64,000 nt of DNA from Paraphysomonas bandaiensis (lineage: Eukaryota > Protista > Chrysophyceae), in contig CBFFRP010000141.1 of assembly GCA_965644295.1 (NCBI GenBank), forward strand, positions 124,001 to 188,000. The letters are read 5' to 3'. Shown one piece after another: positions 18,141 to 30,100 of this stretch (the stretch's first letter is position 1; each line of letters begins with the position of its first letter). The translations under genes were made by a program, and so were the position numbers. A model generated the notes under the pieces. It did not search any database. It saw only the letters and a list, made by a program, of their open reading frames with translations, and was not told where the DNA came from.

Positions 18141-18635
18141 AGGAATATGAAAGGCTTTCGGGACTATATATTCGTTTCAATATACTTCTATTTGTTCATA
18201 TGGAATCAACACCAATCAACGTTTCGGGCGCGGTGTTCTGTACCGTGTACAGTACGTATGTTGACGTAACTCAATATATTATGCCTTATTTTCGACTGTA
18301 TCATTTTAAAACTGCCAGTAGTTGTCACAGTCGTTTCGTCTTGCAGTTGTGTATTGTATGCGCATAAAATTTAGTTAGGATCACTAAAAGTCGATGATAG
18401 TGCGTTCAGTATGGATGTAAGAGTTTTATAGGGAAGTTATTATAGGATGTTAGATACAATAGCTCATGACTCATGACTGTCTTTGCATCCTGTAATGCGG
18501 TATGAAGACCTTTCCATCATGATGAACGATGTACTGCTAAGTACGAAATATATAAACTTTCATATACGTACTAACACGGTTTGGTAACAATATATTGAAA
18601 TACAACATAATATTGTAAAATGTCATATTATTATT

Positions 18636-19115
18636 AGGCGCTGAGAGTCAGTACTATTTCCGTGCTTGACTCTGATATCCTACTATTTAGCGCTACGAAG
18701 AAAGCTGCTTGTGCGTCACCTTAAGAACTAAGGTGCAACCACGTTCGCTCCATCACTCAAAGTAAACGCAGTGGGTAGTGAAAAAGCAGAATTGATATAC
18801 CTGATATATACCTGACATCTGCTAACTTCAGAATTTTTGAGTCCTTAAGGTGAACAGCCCGGATGCTTAACTTCAGCAGGCAGCCCAATACCCCGGATGC
18901 TTTGAGGTGGGAGGTGAACCCATTCCCATATGCCTGTTTATTAGTCAAGGCCCAATGAAGTCTACGCAAGTGACACTTATTAGTGTCTCTTGCACCACAC
19001 AAACATTAGCTTATGAGTGGGCAGAAATTATCTGCTGAATATATATGGTATATGCGGCGCATGTTACTTATCCCCCAAAAAACCACGAAAAGGTGCAAGT
19101 CCGAGTTTGTTGAGG
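18636..19115 (-). mobile_element. Dispersed repeat copy 1 (SINE or LINE-3'-end-like), homologous to 50240-50734
   Basis: Collinear similarity over about 480 bp, with shared blocks ACTCTGATATCCTACTAT, AAGGTGCAACCAC, ATTTTTGAGTCCTTAAG, CAGCCCAATACCC, TATGAGTGGGCAGAA, ACGAAAAGGTGC. Ends in (TAA)3 on the minus strand. Confidence 0.7.
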
Positions 19116-19349
19116 GTTGTTAATGACTACTGCATACTGTATTCTTCTAGTAACGGTCATAATTTGCTCTTATGTTCAGAAATCCTAAAACCTAGTAGCG
19201 TATGCAGTACTTCAGCATTAAACAATGACGTATAAGCCGTGAAATTCATCATAAGCGCAAAGTGCTGTTGAATTATGTAGTAATGGCATATATATAACAC
19301 ATGTTAAGTATTTTAATCGATCTAGTCAAGTACAATAATCTAAATTTTT

Positions 19350-22300
19350 CTAGCAAGAGCATGTAGAACTTTCTGAGCAGCTTCTAGGGCTGTCTTTGAG
19401 CCGAAATGAGGTCCTCTCATTTCCTGGCGACGATAAATATTCAAGTCGGCCCTGTTGTATCACATTACAATATTATATAGTAATTTTAAATACTTCATAT
19501 ATACATATATACAGATATTGATAATCAGTTCCACATCACATATTTAATTTCGAGGTTAACACGCAATACCGTACATACAGCCCCACCTGTTCACTCTTCA
19601 AAAGAGCATTTGATAACGCTTCCTTTATATTATACCCAGTCTTTGCAGATGTCTCAAAGAACGATGCGCACATATTCTGGCGAGCAAATATCAAACCGTC
19701 CTCGAGAGATACCTGTTGAACCATCTTCAAAACAGAAGGCAGTCGATGTGGAGTATTACATTGATAAAGCAGTGGGTATACAACGCATACATTGAAATTT
19801 ATCCAGGCAAAAGTAGTGCAGACATATACGACATATATTACGACGGATACGAAATGGTATTCGTGTCATAGTACAACAACGCACCTGTCTCAAATTGTCC
19901 GATATATCGGCTTTGTTTCCTAGCAAGACCACAGATGTCCAAGGTTGCATTCCTGCATGCACCAACGTAACGTACATATACACACAACCAAATAATAAAT
20001 AATATAAGATGAAATCAAAATAGTGTGATCTCCAGACAACTGTAATAAAGCTAAATTGAGCTGACATTCCGAAATTTGGTCCATGTCAGCATATTACATA
20101 CTTACCACCATGGTGCAAATCTGCAAGTATGGATTGAAGAGCATCAAGACTCTCCCTATTCGAAACATCGTACACCGCGAACAAAATATCGGCTCGTCTA
20201 CAAAACATACTTAATACACACTTCTCGGATAATAATCAGAAATAAATGACCGTCATATATTTCTCATCTAGATAATGCTTCAAAATGGATAAATGATAAA
20301 ACAGTGTGATACAGATCATGAAACAATGACCTACTTGGCTTTCGCTTTGACGCTACCAAACTGAGACTTTTGGCCGGCAACATCCCATATATCAATAACG
20401 AGCTTACCTACAAACACAATAGCTATTATACACGAATTTCAACACATGAGTATATATATCATAATCATACACCATGCAGTCGCGTCTAAACATAGTATAC
20501 CCAATGGATGTTGAATCAACTGCGTGCCCATTGTGGGTCGCTCTGTTGGGTTAAACCCCCTTTCGCATAATCGGTTCATGATACTAGTCTTTCCTACAGC
20601 ACCCTCTGCGTAAACCAAAGAATTACAAATTGAATCCACACATATAACTACATCGTTGACTAATGGTCCCCTACACGATTGGCTATAGCAATCAATACAT
20701 GATATATAACACCACGACTCTACCTCCACACATAACAAGCTCATATATGCCCTCTATAAACATGACTTGTGATGCATCGAATTCTACGTTTCCCACTTTA
20801 CTGGTTCCTATTGGCGATGTCTCTCGTGATGATACTGCTGACGAAATCTTCACGGGTGTTGAATTTGCAGTGCTAGCGGCGACCATTAGAGCTATTTTCC
20901 TGTCATACTCGGCGCGTACACGACACTCTTCATTATGCACTTGCTGCATAAGAGATACCATGTCTGGTCTGCCTAACTGGTTCAATTGTTTATTGAGGTC
21001 ATCAAAATCTTTTGAGCTAATATTAAGTCCATTCGCACTCGATCCTACAGTTGCGGTGCCCTCTCGAGTTGTGTTCAGTAGAAGAAGTCTCCGACCATCG
21101 ATGTCTTTATCAAAAAATACTTTCTCCAAGTGTGACATAGATATTACTCGCAGGTACGCGGACACATGAAATGTCGACCAATTAACAGATATCCATTCTC
21201 GGTTGAAGTCCTGGTAATCTTGTACGCTGAAAAAAGATACCGTCACATGGACACGTACTGCACGGAATACATCGATAACAGAAGCAGGCGACTTAGATGG
21301 AGATTCCTCATGAAAAAAATCTTTTATAGAGTGATATGAAGTGTTGTCAATATGATACGAAAAAAGGTCCTTCTTTGTGTCTTTATCAATATTCATCTTT
21401 GCAATAACCTGGTTACACCACGAATCAGACTTAAAAATCACCGACTTTAGCAGTACTATTCATGAATACTTATAAACAATGATGCGGTCATATTTTACAC
21501 CAAGTATCCTAACTACGAATATATCGGCCACGGTATTGATTCCTGTGGTTCCACTTACCTTCTCTAGTAGGTCATTATTTACATTGAAGTCATTTGTATA
21601 ACTAAACTGGAAGCTGTAGCTGTCACACCACTCATCCAGCCTCCGCCTAACCATTTCAGTATATTCTGGTATATGGTGAAGATACGTGTAAGTGCTTGCA
21701 TGGTCTATGTAGGGAGCCATATATTGGGGACAAGGCACGGTAGTTCCCATTCGGGGATGTCCATTGAACGTGATCGCTTTCGCTCCAAGCAGCATACATA
21801 AGCACTGGAATTCGGATCTAGAATAACATACCCAGTGATTTTACAACAGTCATAAACAAAGTAAGTAGATATGGACGAGCATTCATTCATACTTATATCC
21901 AGTAACATCCGCTATTCTGTTTTCTTACATCATTTCATCGATAATAGTCCAGTGAAACACATCCACCCCAATGAACCTCACTTTCATGCTGAATGGATGT
22001 TTTCGATATATCATGTATTCAGTTGGTCCTATTGAATAATATTTTATCATGCTTCATCAGTATCATAATGTACAATACGTCATGAGAAATACATACAAAA
22101 AAGATTTTACAGCTCGATCTACGATGGTGAGCTGATATACCTGGTTGCATAACACGTATCCAGGTATCATTCTGAGCATCAGAGAGGGACAGTACATCAG
22201 TGGGTCCAAATTTCCGACAAAATTTTCCCTTCATATATTCCGACCGCGCCACTCCCCTGTGCACAACCCCTCCTGTCCTCGTCACAAAGTCTTCATCGGG

Positions 22301-22564
22301 TAAAATGACAATAAAATCTTCCCATTTTCTCAAGGATAGTTCCTCATTATCTTCGTGGTGGCTGTCAAGGGTCGACGACGGATCAGAGGTCACTTCTGGA
22401 GGCATTAGGGACTGAATATTGCGATGCATTAGTGTACTGGAGTCCATCGACATGTGCTGTACAGGAAATCCAATATCAAGTAGGTAGCGCCGATATCCTA
22501 AAAATACTAGGAAAGAATTCAATCTCGTTAATTATACTACACCACACGAGAGATTCTTGCCCAT
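19350..22564 (-). CDS. Multidomain Rab-like small GTPase: MGxxxS N-terminus, uncharacterised domain, SAM domain, Rab domain, CSC C-terminus; multi-exon
   Basis: Spliced G-boxes: YELVMCGEGAVGKT (G1), PTMG (G2), IWDVAGQ (G3), LLGNKAD (G4), FETSAK (G5). Last exon ends ..SSTCSC-stop (19350). SAM motif WSTFHVSAYLRVISMSHLEKVFFDKDIDGRRLLLL lies in the same open exon (20692-21441 ORF) as the start of G1. Proposed first exon ATGGGCAAGAATCTCTCGTGTG followed by a 45-nt intron. Confidence 0.78.
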
Positions 22565-22596
22565 ATCTCAGCTGAAATTATTCTTCTACTTTTCCT

Positions 22597-22897
22597 CATA
22601 CATGCATACATACATACATACATACATACATACATACATACATACATACATACATACATACATACATACATGCATACATACATACATACATACATACATA
22701 CATACATACATACATACATACATACATACATACATACATACATACATACATACATACATACATACATACATACATACATACATACATACATACATACATA
22801 CATACATACATACATACACATACATACATACATACATACATACATACATACATACATACATACATACATACATACATACATACATACACATACATAC
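22597..22897. repeat. (CATA)n microsatellite, about 300 bp
   Basis: About 75 CATA units with a few CATG/CACA variants, beginning about 30 bp upstream of the proposed Rab-gene ATG. Confidence 0.98.
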
Positions 22898-23812
22898 CCA
22901 CATGGACGTATAGATAGATAGGTTCACAGGCCAATGATATAGCACTGCAATGGCCGCGTAATGTTTGATATGATGAAATGACGTAAAATCTGTGACTGTA
23001 TCAACATCTACCGTCTTGCTACCTGCAGTTCACGTGTACACAGAATGCCACGAGCTATAGCACATATGAAATATGTGGACATGGCTGAAGGGCATTTCGT
23101 CAAGGATTGGGCACACTGGATTACGAATGGAAAATATTGATACTAACCATGAATATGATTGAGCATTACGCATTCTGAATCCTGAATGGATGAAAAAATC
23201 ACCTTCTTTGAGCCGAAACCTGGTCTGGTGTTCTTCGTCTTGAATTTACCGTTTGCAATCAGCAAGTCCACAGGTTAGTTAGATATATAATGAACATATT
23301 ACAGGCTATCGTCTAATATTTTGCTTCATGGTGCTACAGTAATTAAATATATTGATTGGGGAACCGGCCAAAAATGCCATCAATATAGTTTTTGTTAAAG
23401 CAGCTCAAAATATATTGCAATCAACATTTTCTTCAGTCAGCTCTAATATTAAGAAACGAAAAGTTGAAACATCTGAGTACAGGTGCACGATATGTGCCGT
23501 GTGAACTTCCAATACATGTGAATGCCTGCCCAGCGCAGCAAATTTATTTTACCAGTGTTGGAAAAACATATGCATCGCATTGCACTAAATATGATGTTGT
23601 TTCTGAAGCCAATTCGACAGCTGCGGCCGGATGCATGCGTATTTTAATTAATTTTGGAATGAATGATGACTCAGAGGACGAGGAAAATAGTGAATAGCTA
23701 AGCAGTAGACTCATGTGATCTCAGTGAATAGTACGAAAAATAGAATATATGGATGTGTTTACTTACTGATCAATAATACTACTATATATTTGCAATCTAT
23801 TGTACAATATAT

Positions 23813-24687
23813 CAGGGCTGCGTATCAACTATTTTTTAATTAGTTGAAGAAGATTGTAGTCAATTATAATTGCAATTATTACTTGCTGTCTCAATTTCAG
23901 TTATTGCAATTAACTGCAATTAATTGCAATTATTTAGCACTAAACTACAATAGCTGCCAATATAGCTACCTTCACTGCCATTTTATTCCAGAGGCGACAG
24001 TTCATGCTTAAAAGCATAAGTAATACTCTTGGAGCATATCAGTCGTTTGAATCTTAGTTATACTGAACAACCTTTCAACCCTATTGGTTGTGGCATGCAA
24101 TTGCTTCATGCTGCGGTAACGAGTTTGCTAATTAAGATGTGCTCGCTTCTTTACCTGCTACCATCCATCTAACGTTGCGCGGCGCCGTCATTCTGAACTA
24201 GACTCTCACTGTCATTAACTTCTTCATCAAAAATATTTCAATTTTAATGTCCTTTGCTGCACGTCCACCCATCAACAATCAAACCGAAATGCATTGGAAG
24301 CATTGCAACCACTTCGTTATTATCATTTGTTTTCTCGAAAAACACTCGTGCATTGACTTCAGGTACCAATCTATCGCTCATATCACCACTTATTTAAATG
24401 AATTATTATGCGAGTACATTTTATGACTAGGTTTATAACTAAAATTGACTAGGTTGAATCATTTATTGCTTTGACTAGTAGGTTATTCCACAAAAAATAA
24501 TGTGGCTAGGTAATTCAACCAATTTGACTAGGTTGAATAATATTTCCCATCAATTTTTCGGTATAAAAAATGGTATTTTATATCAATTAAATAAAGCTAG
24601 CTGTAGTCAATTATAATTGCGATTATGATTTGATGTCCCAACTTCAATAAATGACAATTAATTGCAATTAATTGATACGCAGCCCTG
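23813..24687. mobile_element. Non-autonomous hAT-type DNA transposon (875 bp)
   Basis: Perfect 16-bp TIR CAGGGCTGCGTATCAA (23813-23828) / TTGATACGCAGCCCTG (24672-24687). Flanks CAATATAT and CAGTATAA match 6/8 (decayed 8-bp TSD). Subterminal CAATTA repeats. Minus-strand remnant LPMHFGLIVDGWT at about 24260-24300 resembles the first catalytic Asp region of hAT transposases. Confidence 0.88.
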
Positions 24688-25334
24688 CAGTATAATGCAA
24701 TAGTATTATATAGGGGAAGGTGAATAGAATTTACGGATTTTTCGAGGACGTGGAACTGATGTTCGGGCAGTGCGCTGGATATGTGGCGTCCGAATGCGTC
24801 GGAAAATTGTGTGGCAGTAATGTGGCCGGTCTAGTAGTGCTCAACCTGAGGTGTGTGTGGATGATGGAACACTATCTAACAATAGATTGCAATATATTAT
24901 TACCGAGCCCTGGTTAAAACAGGGTCGTTGCGATTTTTCAATCGATTAATATATATCAGTATACGAGATTCTGGAATTCATGAATTCCTCAATTAAATTG
25001 TGTATTAGGTAGTATGCCAATCTTTCTGTGGGTCTTACGCTATAACTCTCAATCTCTCAATGATCACATTTTATTCAGAATACTAAGTATTAAGAGACTA
25101 CGGAATAATGTCTATATAATATATATCGTCATTTAACGTGATTAAATTACGGAATATTCACAAATGCCTACACCAATGCCCTACATAGATGAAATGAATA
25201 TGGTCATAGTAAACAACATAGCCTCTAACAAAAAAAATGGAGGTGTATAGACTACTAGCATGATAAAGGAATGTAATAAGTCAGTCATGCAACCTTCCAG
25301 AGGTGAATATAATGTCCATCTGTTGTATAGTACG

Positions 25335-26603
25335 CTATGAGAATGGGCAATCCCGAATGATGCTACCATCAATGTCATGTATATCACGATGACCACACAG
25401 TGCCATGGTCAAATCCAACTCCTTGTGTATAATATCTAAACTCTGCTTTACCCCATTTTTCCCATCTGCCCCCAGCCCGTAAGCGTACGCGCGTCCCAGT
25501 AAAACTCCCCGTGCACCTAATGCAATAGCTTTCAAAACATCTTGTCCAGATCGTATCCCGCCATCCAGCCATATTTCGGTTCGGGGCGTTGCTTTGGGTC
25601 GCTTTAAGTTACCACTATTGAGCTGACCTAATACAGACTCCAGATCATGACACTCTTCATTTTCTCCATTGATATTATCCAATGACCCAGAAGACTGATG
25701 GAGATCTAGCTGATTCAAAGCCCGAACAATTTCAGGCAATATCGCTATAGAACTGTCAGCGTCATCTAACTGCCTCCCCCCATGATTAGACACGACAATC
25801 GCATCTGCACCAGCCTTAACTGCCAAAACAGCATCCTCAGGGTCCATAATGCCCTTGAGAATTAACTTTCCTCCCCACCAGTCTTTTATACGTGCCACGT
25901 CATCCCAGTTGAGTGTTAAATCAAATTGCTCACTCGACCATGCAGACAACGATGACGTATCGGACACACCTTCCACATGACCGACTATGTTGCCAAATGT
26001 GTGATTTCTAGTTTGAAGCATTTCAAAACACCATTGCGGTTTTGTAGCCATATTCAGAATATTTCTGAATACAGGTTTAGGAGGAGCAGAGAGACCATTT
26101 TTGATATCTTTATGCCTCTGTCCCATAACCTGGAGATCTAAGGTGATAACAAGGGCAGAGCATTCTGCAGCTTTGGCACGCTGTATTAGACGTTTCGAGT
26201 ACTCATGGTCTCGCATAACGTATAACTGAAACCAAAACGGAGCTGATGATTGTCGGGCAACTTCTTCGATTGAACAAATTGACATAGTAGACAGCGTAAA
26301 AGGAATACCGAATTCTGCCGCAGCTTGGGCTGCTAACACCTCGCCATTTGCTCTCTGCATTCCTAATAATCCAATTGGAGCTAACGCTACAGGCATCGAG
26401 ACAGAATGGCCAATCATAGAAGTTTTAGTGCTGCGATTAGACATATCACGAGCAATACGCTGGCGAAACTTTATTCGTTGAAAATCAGACTCATTTCGTC
26501 GATAAGTGGATTCCGTCCACGATCCAGAGTCCACATAATCATAAAACATTCTAGGAACCCGACGTTGAGCAAGAAGTCTCAGCTCTTCTATAGTTGTGAT
26601 CAT
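25335..26603 (-). CDS. lldD: FMN-dependent alpha-hydroxy acid dehydrogenase (L-lactate dehydrogenase LldD-like), intronless
   Basis: RRVPRMFYDYVDSGSWTESTY, PFWFQLYVMRD, LKGI, VSNHGGRQLD signature, DGGIRSGQDVLKA. Confidence 0.9.
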   Translation of the reverse strand: MITTIEELRLLAQRRVPRMFYDYVDSGSWTESTYRRNESDFQRIKFRQRIARDMSNRSTKTSMIGHSVSMPVALAPIGLLGMQRANGEVLAAQAAAEFGIPFTLSTMSICSIEEVARQSSAPFWFQLYVMRDHEYSKRLIQRAKAAECSALVITLDLQVMGQRHKDIKNGLSAPPKPVFRNILNMATKPQWCFEMLQTRNHTFGNIVGHVEGVSDTSSLSAWSSEQFDLTLNWDDVARIKDWWGGKLILKGIMDPEDAVLAVKAGADAIVVSNHGGRQLDDADSSIAILPEIVRALNQLDLHQSSGSLDNINGENEECHDLESVLGQLNSGNLKRPKATPRTEIWLDGGIRSGQDVLKAIALGARGVLLGRAYAYGLGADGKNGVKQSLDIIHKELDLTMALCGHRDIHDIDGSIIRDCPFS

Positions 26604-26785
26604 ACTCTCGAGATGCTGATGCTACAGGTGAATAAAAGAGCTACTCAACCAAACGAAAACGAGACAAATCAAATGTTGTGCTACGAAATGCACACACACA
26701 TAGCGTTGTAAATATATCCATCGAAGTCGCAGCTATATGGACGACAGACAGCACACTTGCATAGATAGTTCATGATTGTCAGCCA

Positions 26786-26885
26786 GCAGGTACAGGTACA
26801 CGTACACGTGCAGATGCAGGTACAGATACAAGTACACCAGACACAGGTATGTACAGGTACACTGGATACAGGTACACCTACAGGT
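26786..26885. repeat. Degenerate (CAGGTA/GTACA)n low-complexity repeat
   Basis: Imperfect 6-mer repeats between the divergent lldD-like and nucleotidyltransferase genes. Confidence 0.7.
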
Positions 26886-27149
26886 GGTTCGTACTACGGT
26901 GGTGTATACCATACAGTATGGCACAGCTGTGTGTAGTGTTGGTGTGGTGGTGTGTTGAGGTGTATATGTACCGGTACATGGATATTGTGCGGCAGACAAG
27001 AGCAGAGGTGTGTGTGTCAGCAAAAACACCCCCCTGCTAACAATCTTGACATGAGGCTACAGGCATACCACAACACCCACTACGCCCTGTGCACAAGTTT
27101 CCTTTATTCGATAGGCTCTATCGTTCCCTGAACAGTGTAAAGTATCAAT

Positions 27150-30100
27150 ATGAGTAAGAAGTCAGGCTGGGCCCCCTCTCAGTCTGCAGGGGGAGGGACG
27201 ATGAAGCAGAGCGAGCCCACTGAACAAGAGATGCTGTCGTTCTCATCGCTATTGAAGGAAAATAATGCCGAAGCGAAGAGGGCTCTTGATTTGTACTCAC
27301 AGACTCAAGATAAGATTCAGTTTTACTCTCAGATCATAGGGCTCTGTCGCAGGACTGCTCCGGAGAAAAAATCTACAGATACCAGCAAATCCTTCGAGCA
27401 GAAGCACCACGCAGAGGTTCCACCGACTGCACCAAAAGAACCGCGGAGAGGTGTGTGCTTCAAGTTTCGCCAGGGAACATGCAATCGCGGTAGCAGCTGT
27501 CGTTTTGAGCACACTGCGGAACAGCCCCCAGCGTCGGTCTCGTCCACAACTGATACTGAAACGAAGACACAACCTATGCAATCAGTGAAGTCTGAGGTCC
27601 TTTCTTCTGGAGAATCTAAGGCGTGTCAATTCTATTTAACTAATGGAACTTGCCGCAAAGGAGACAAGTGCAAGTTTGTTCATCCTGGCAGTGTCAGAGA
27701 AGGACAGAATTGGGTGGACATAGCCAGGCGCCCTGTCTCTGGGGTAGTTAGCGTTGTATCGAAAGAGCGACCAAGTGTGGACAACTCTACGGCTAGTGAT
27801 AGTGTGGCTGAGGTGGCGGCTCCTGTCTCTGCATCAGCCCCAGAAGATGTGAAGGCGAATGAGGCACGTGCGAAGAAGCTAAAGGCAAAGAAGAAATCCA
27901 AATCGGAAAATAAAAAATCCCGCGATGCGAGCTCGACTTCGGAGCCGAGTCCAAAACAGTTGGAGGTGACCATTGGTAGAAGTACCGACCAAGAATCCCA
28001 AGCCACCGGGTCGTCTTCGGTCGACCAGGAGGACTCTCTTTGGATGACACTAAACTTGGCGAAGCTTAGTACACCGTCCCCTGTCCTCTCTGGTGTGGAC
28101 AGTGCTGAGTCTGAGAAACGGAATATGACTGCCGATGAAGTTGTTGCCCCTGCCTTGCCCCCCGGGATTCCTATTGAAACTTCTCCACGTTCTCCGGCTA
28201 TAATCGATCGGACACAACCACAGCCACAAGTTAAAGATTTGACTCCTCTCAATGGTCAAAGGACAGAAGCAAGCGAGTCAACAACTGTTTCTTCAGGCTC
28301 TAATGCTCGCTCCGAACCTCCTGTACCCCCTTTTATGGGAATGGGATGTCCTCCCCCCTATATGATGGGTATGTATCCTCCTCACCCCCATCATCCCATG
28401 GCTATGCAACCACCGTATGGACCCATGCCATATGGCTACTTCCCGCCGCCTCCACAACACCAGCTTTCGGACAGGCCTGTTGGTGAGAGAGAGAGGTCTG
28501 GTGGAAGCGAGCAAGGAGATGGTGAGGGGAGAGGACCAAATCCCCCCTATCCCTATCCGTACATGGGCTTTCCGTATCCTCCATATGGTCTGCCCCCATT
28601 CATGCCGCCATATCGAGAACCTCCTTACCCTATGCCACAGCACATGATGCCCCCCTACATGCAGCAGAATCGACCGCAGAACGATAGCCCTAAGCCTGAA
28701 GACACTAGGCTTCCCCAGCCTCTACCAACCCCAACTGTGAGTGCCAATTCACCCGAAAGCAATCCTAGTGCCGTAGTCACTCCCGTTCAAACTCAAGAAC
28801 AGTCTCCTACGGATGAAGAGGCCTTATTGAAAAGGCTGGAGCATCTCTCTCCCGCGCGTGTTCTTGGTGGTTCTAGCACTGAATCCCCTTCGATCTACTC
28901 TCACTCCCCTGTGGACCCGCAGCCACAGTCTATCGCGTCTGTCGGGCAGAGGGGCGCTGGTGTTATTGGACCAGGCCCTGCAACTGCCCCTACTGTCTCT
29001 AGTGAGGATGGCAACCGCCCTCAAATGCCCTCCCCTTCCCATGGCAAAGTTGTGGGATTACAGCGCAAGGATGAGGATGGAGGTAAGAGCTCAGCTCTGC
29101 TGTCATTTCTCAAATCCAAAGGGTCAACTGTCCATACTCCCATGCAGCCTGCTCCGCCCCAGGATACTCAACCCCGCGGTCCACCTGCCGGAAATATTGG
29201 AAAGCAAACCCAGGCCAATGTACAGGTTGAACCTCCCTCTTCAACTAAGGAGGACGATAAACTGTTGCAAGTTAAAAAGGCGCACCGCACCACGAGGAAC
29301 CAACGTGGCCGGGTTAGGATATGCATTAACCCTTCTAGAAGAGACCCTGACAGTTATTACGACATGCCTGTGGATGGATTGGCTTCAGGACCTGTACTCG
29401 CTATTGACACAGGAAAACAGATTATGGTGACCTGGGAGATCCCAGCGGAGCAGTACTCTGAGGGACTAGTAGTTTCCCTCACACGTCTGGGCTCTATGAA
29501 TAATTCTAACTGCATTGTCTCGAAGGCGCTAAGGAACTCACTGCGAAGAGGTGAACATGAAGTCCGGATTTCTCCCGAGTCCCCTTTGTCCAGAGGACTC
29601 GTGGGTGAAGATGTTTTACACATGGTCAAGTTTGGGGACATTAACTTCCACACTCCGAAGGCAGGTGGTCATTATGTGTTCCGTATGTTCGACCCGACTT
29701 CAGAGGAAGCAAATGTCACTCTTGGAACCTCACCAGAGTTTGTGGTTCAGCTGCGTGGATCTGATGTGAATACTAATCTGAAGTACGCTTGTGAGGCACT
29801 GAAAAAGGCAAAAATTGATGTTGGAAGTGTAACAGCACTGCGGAGTACTTTCGAGCTGATGGCTGCAGAGGGTTTGACACATGACAAGAGGAGCCCACAT
29901 CAGCTACTTCAGCAGTGCGTACAACTTTTGTTGGACGCAGTTCAGAAGAACATGGATGCACTCAGCGAGCGTGATAAGGCTCTGATACAGCAGCCTGTCG
30001 AGAAGGAAGATGGTAACAACGGAGGGATGGATGGTGTAGACAAGGCTGAGAGTACTGTGTGGACAAAGGCACGCAATGCTCAGAGAATTCACGCGGCTGT

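Noticed and set aside
18636-18680. Possible hammerhead ribozyme (CTGAGAG plus GAGTCA..TGACTC stem)
   Set aside because: No GAAA follows the stem and the CUGANGA core is incomplete; the second copy is disrupted here
23040-23700. ORF 23392-23697 and nearby open stretches
   Set aside because: No motif or splice-supported structure; AT-rich intergenic DNA next to a transposon
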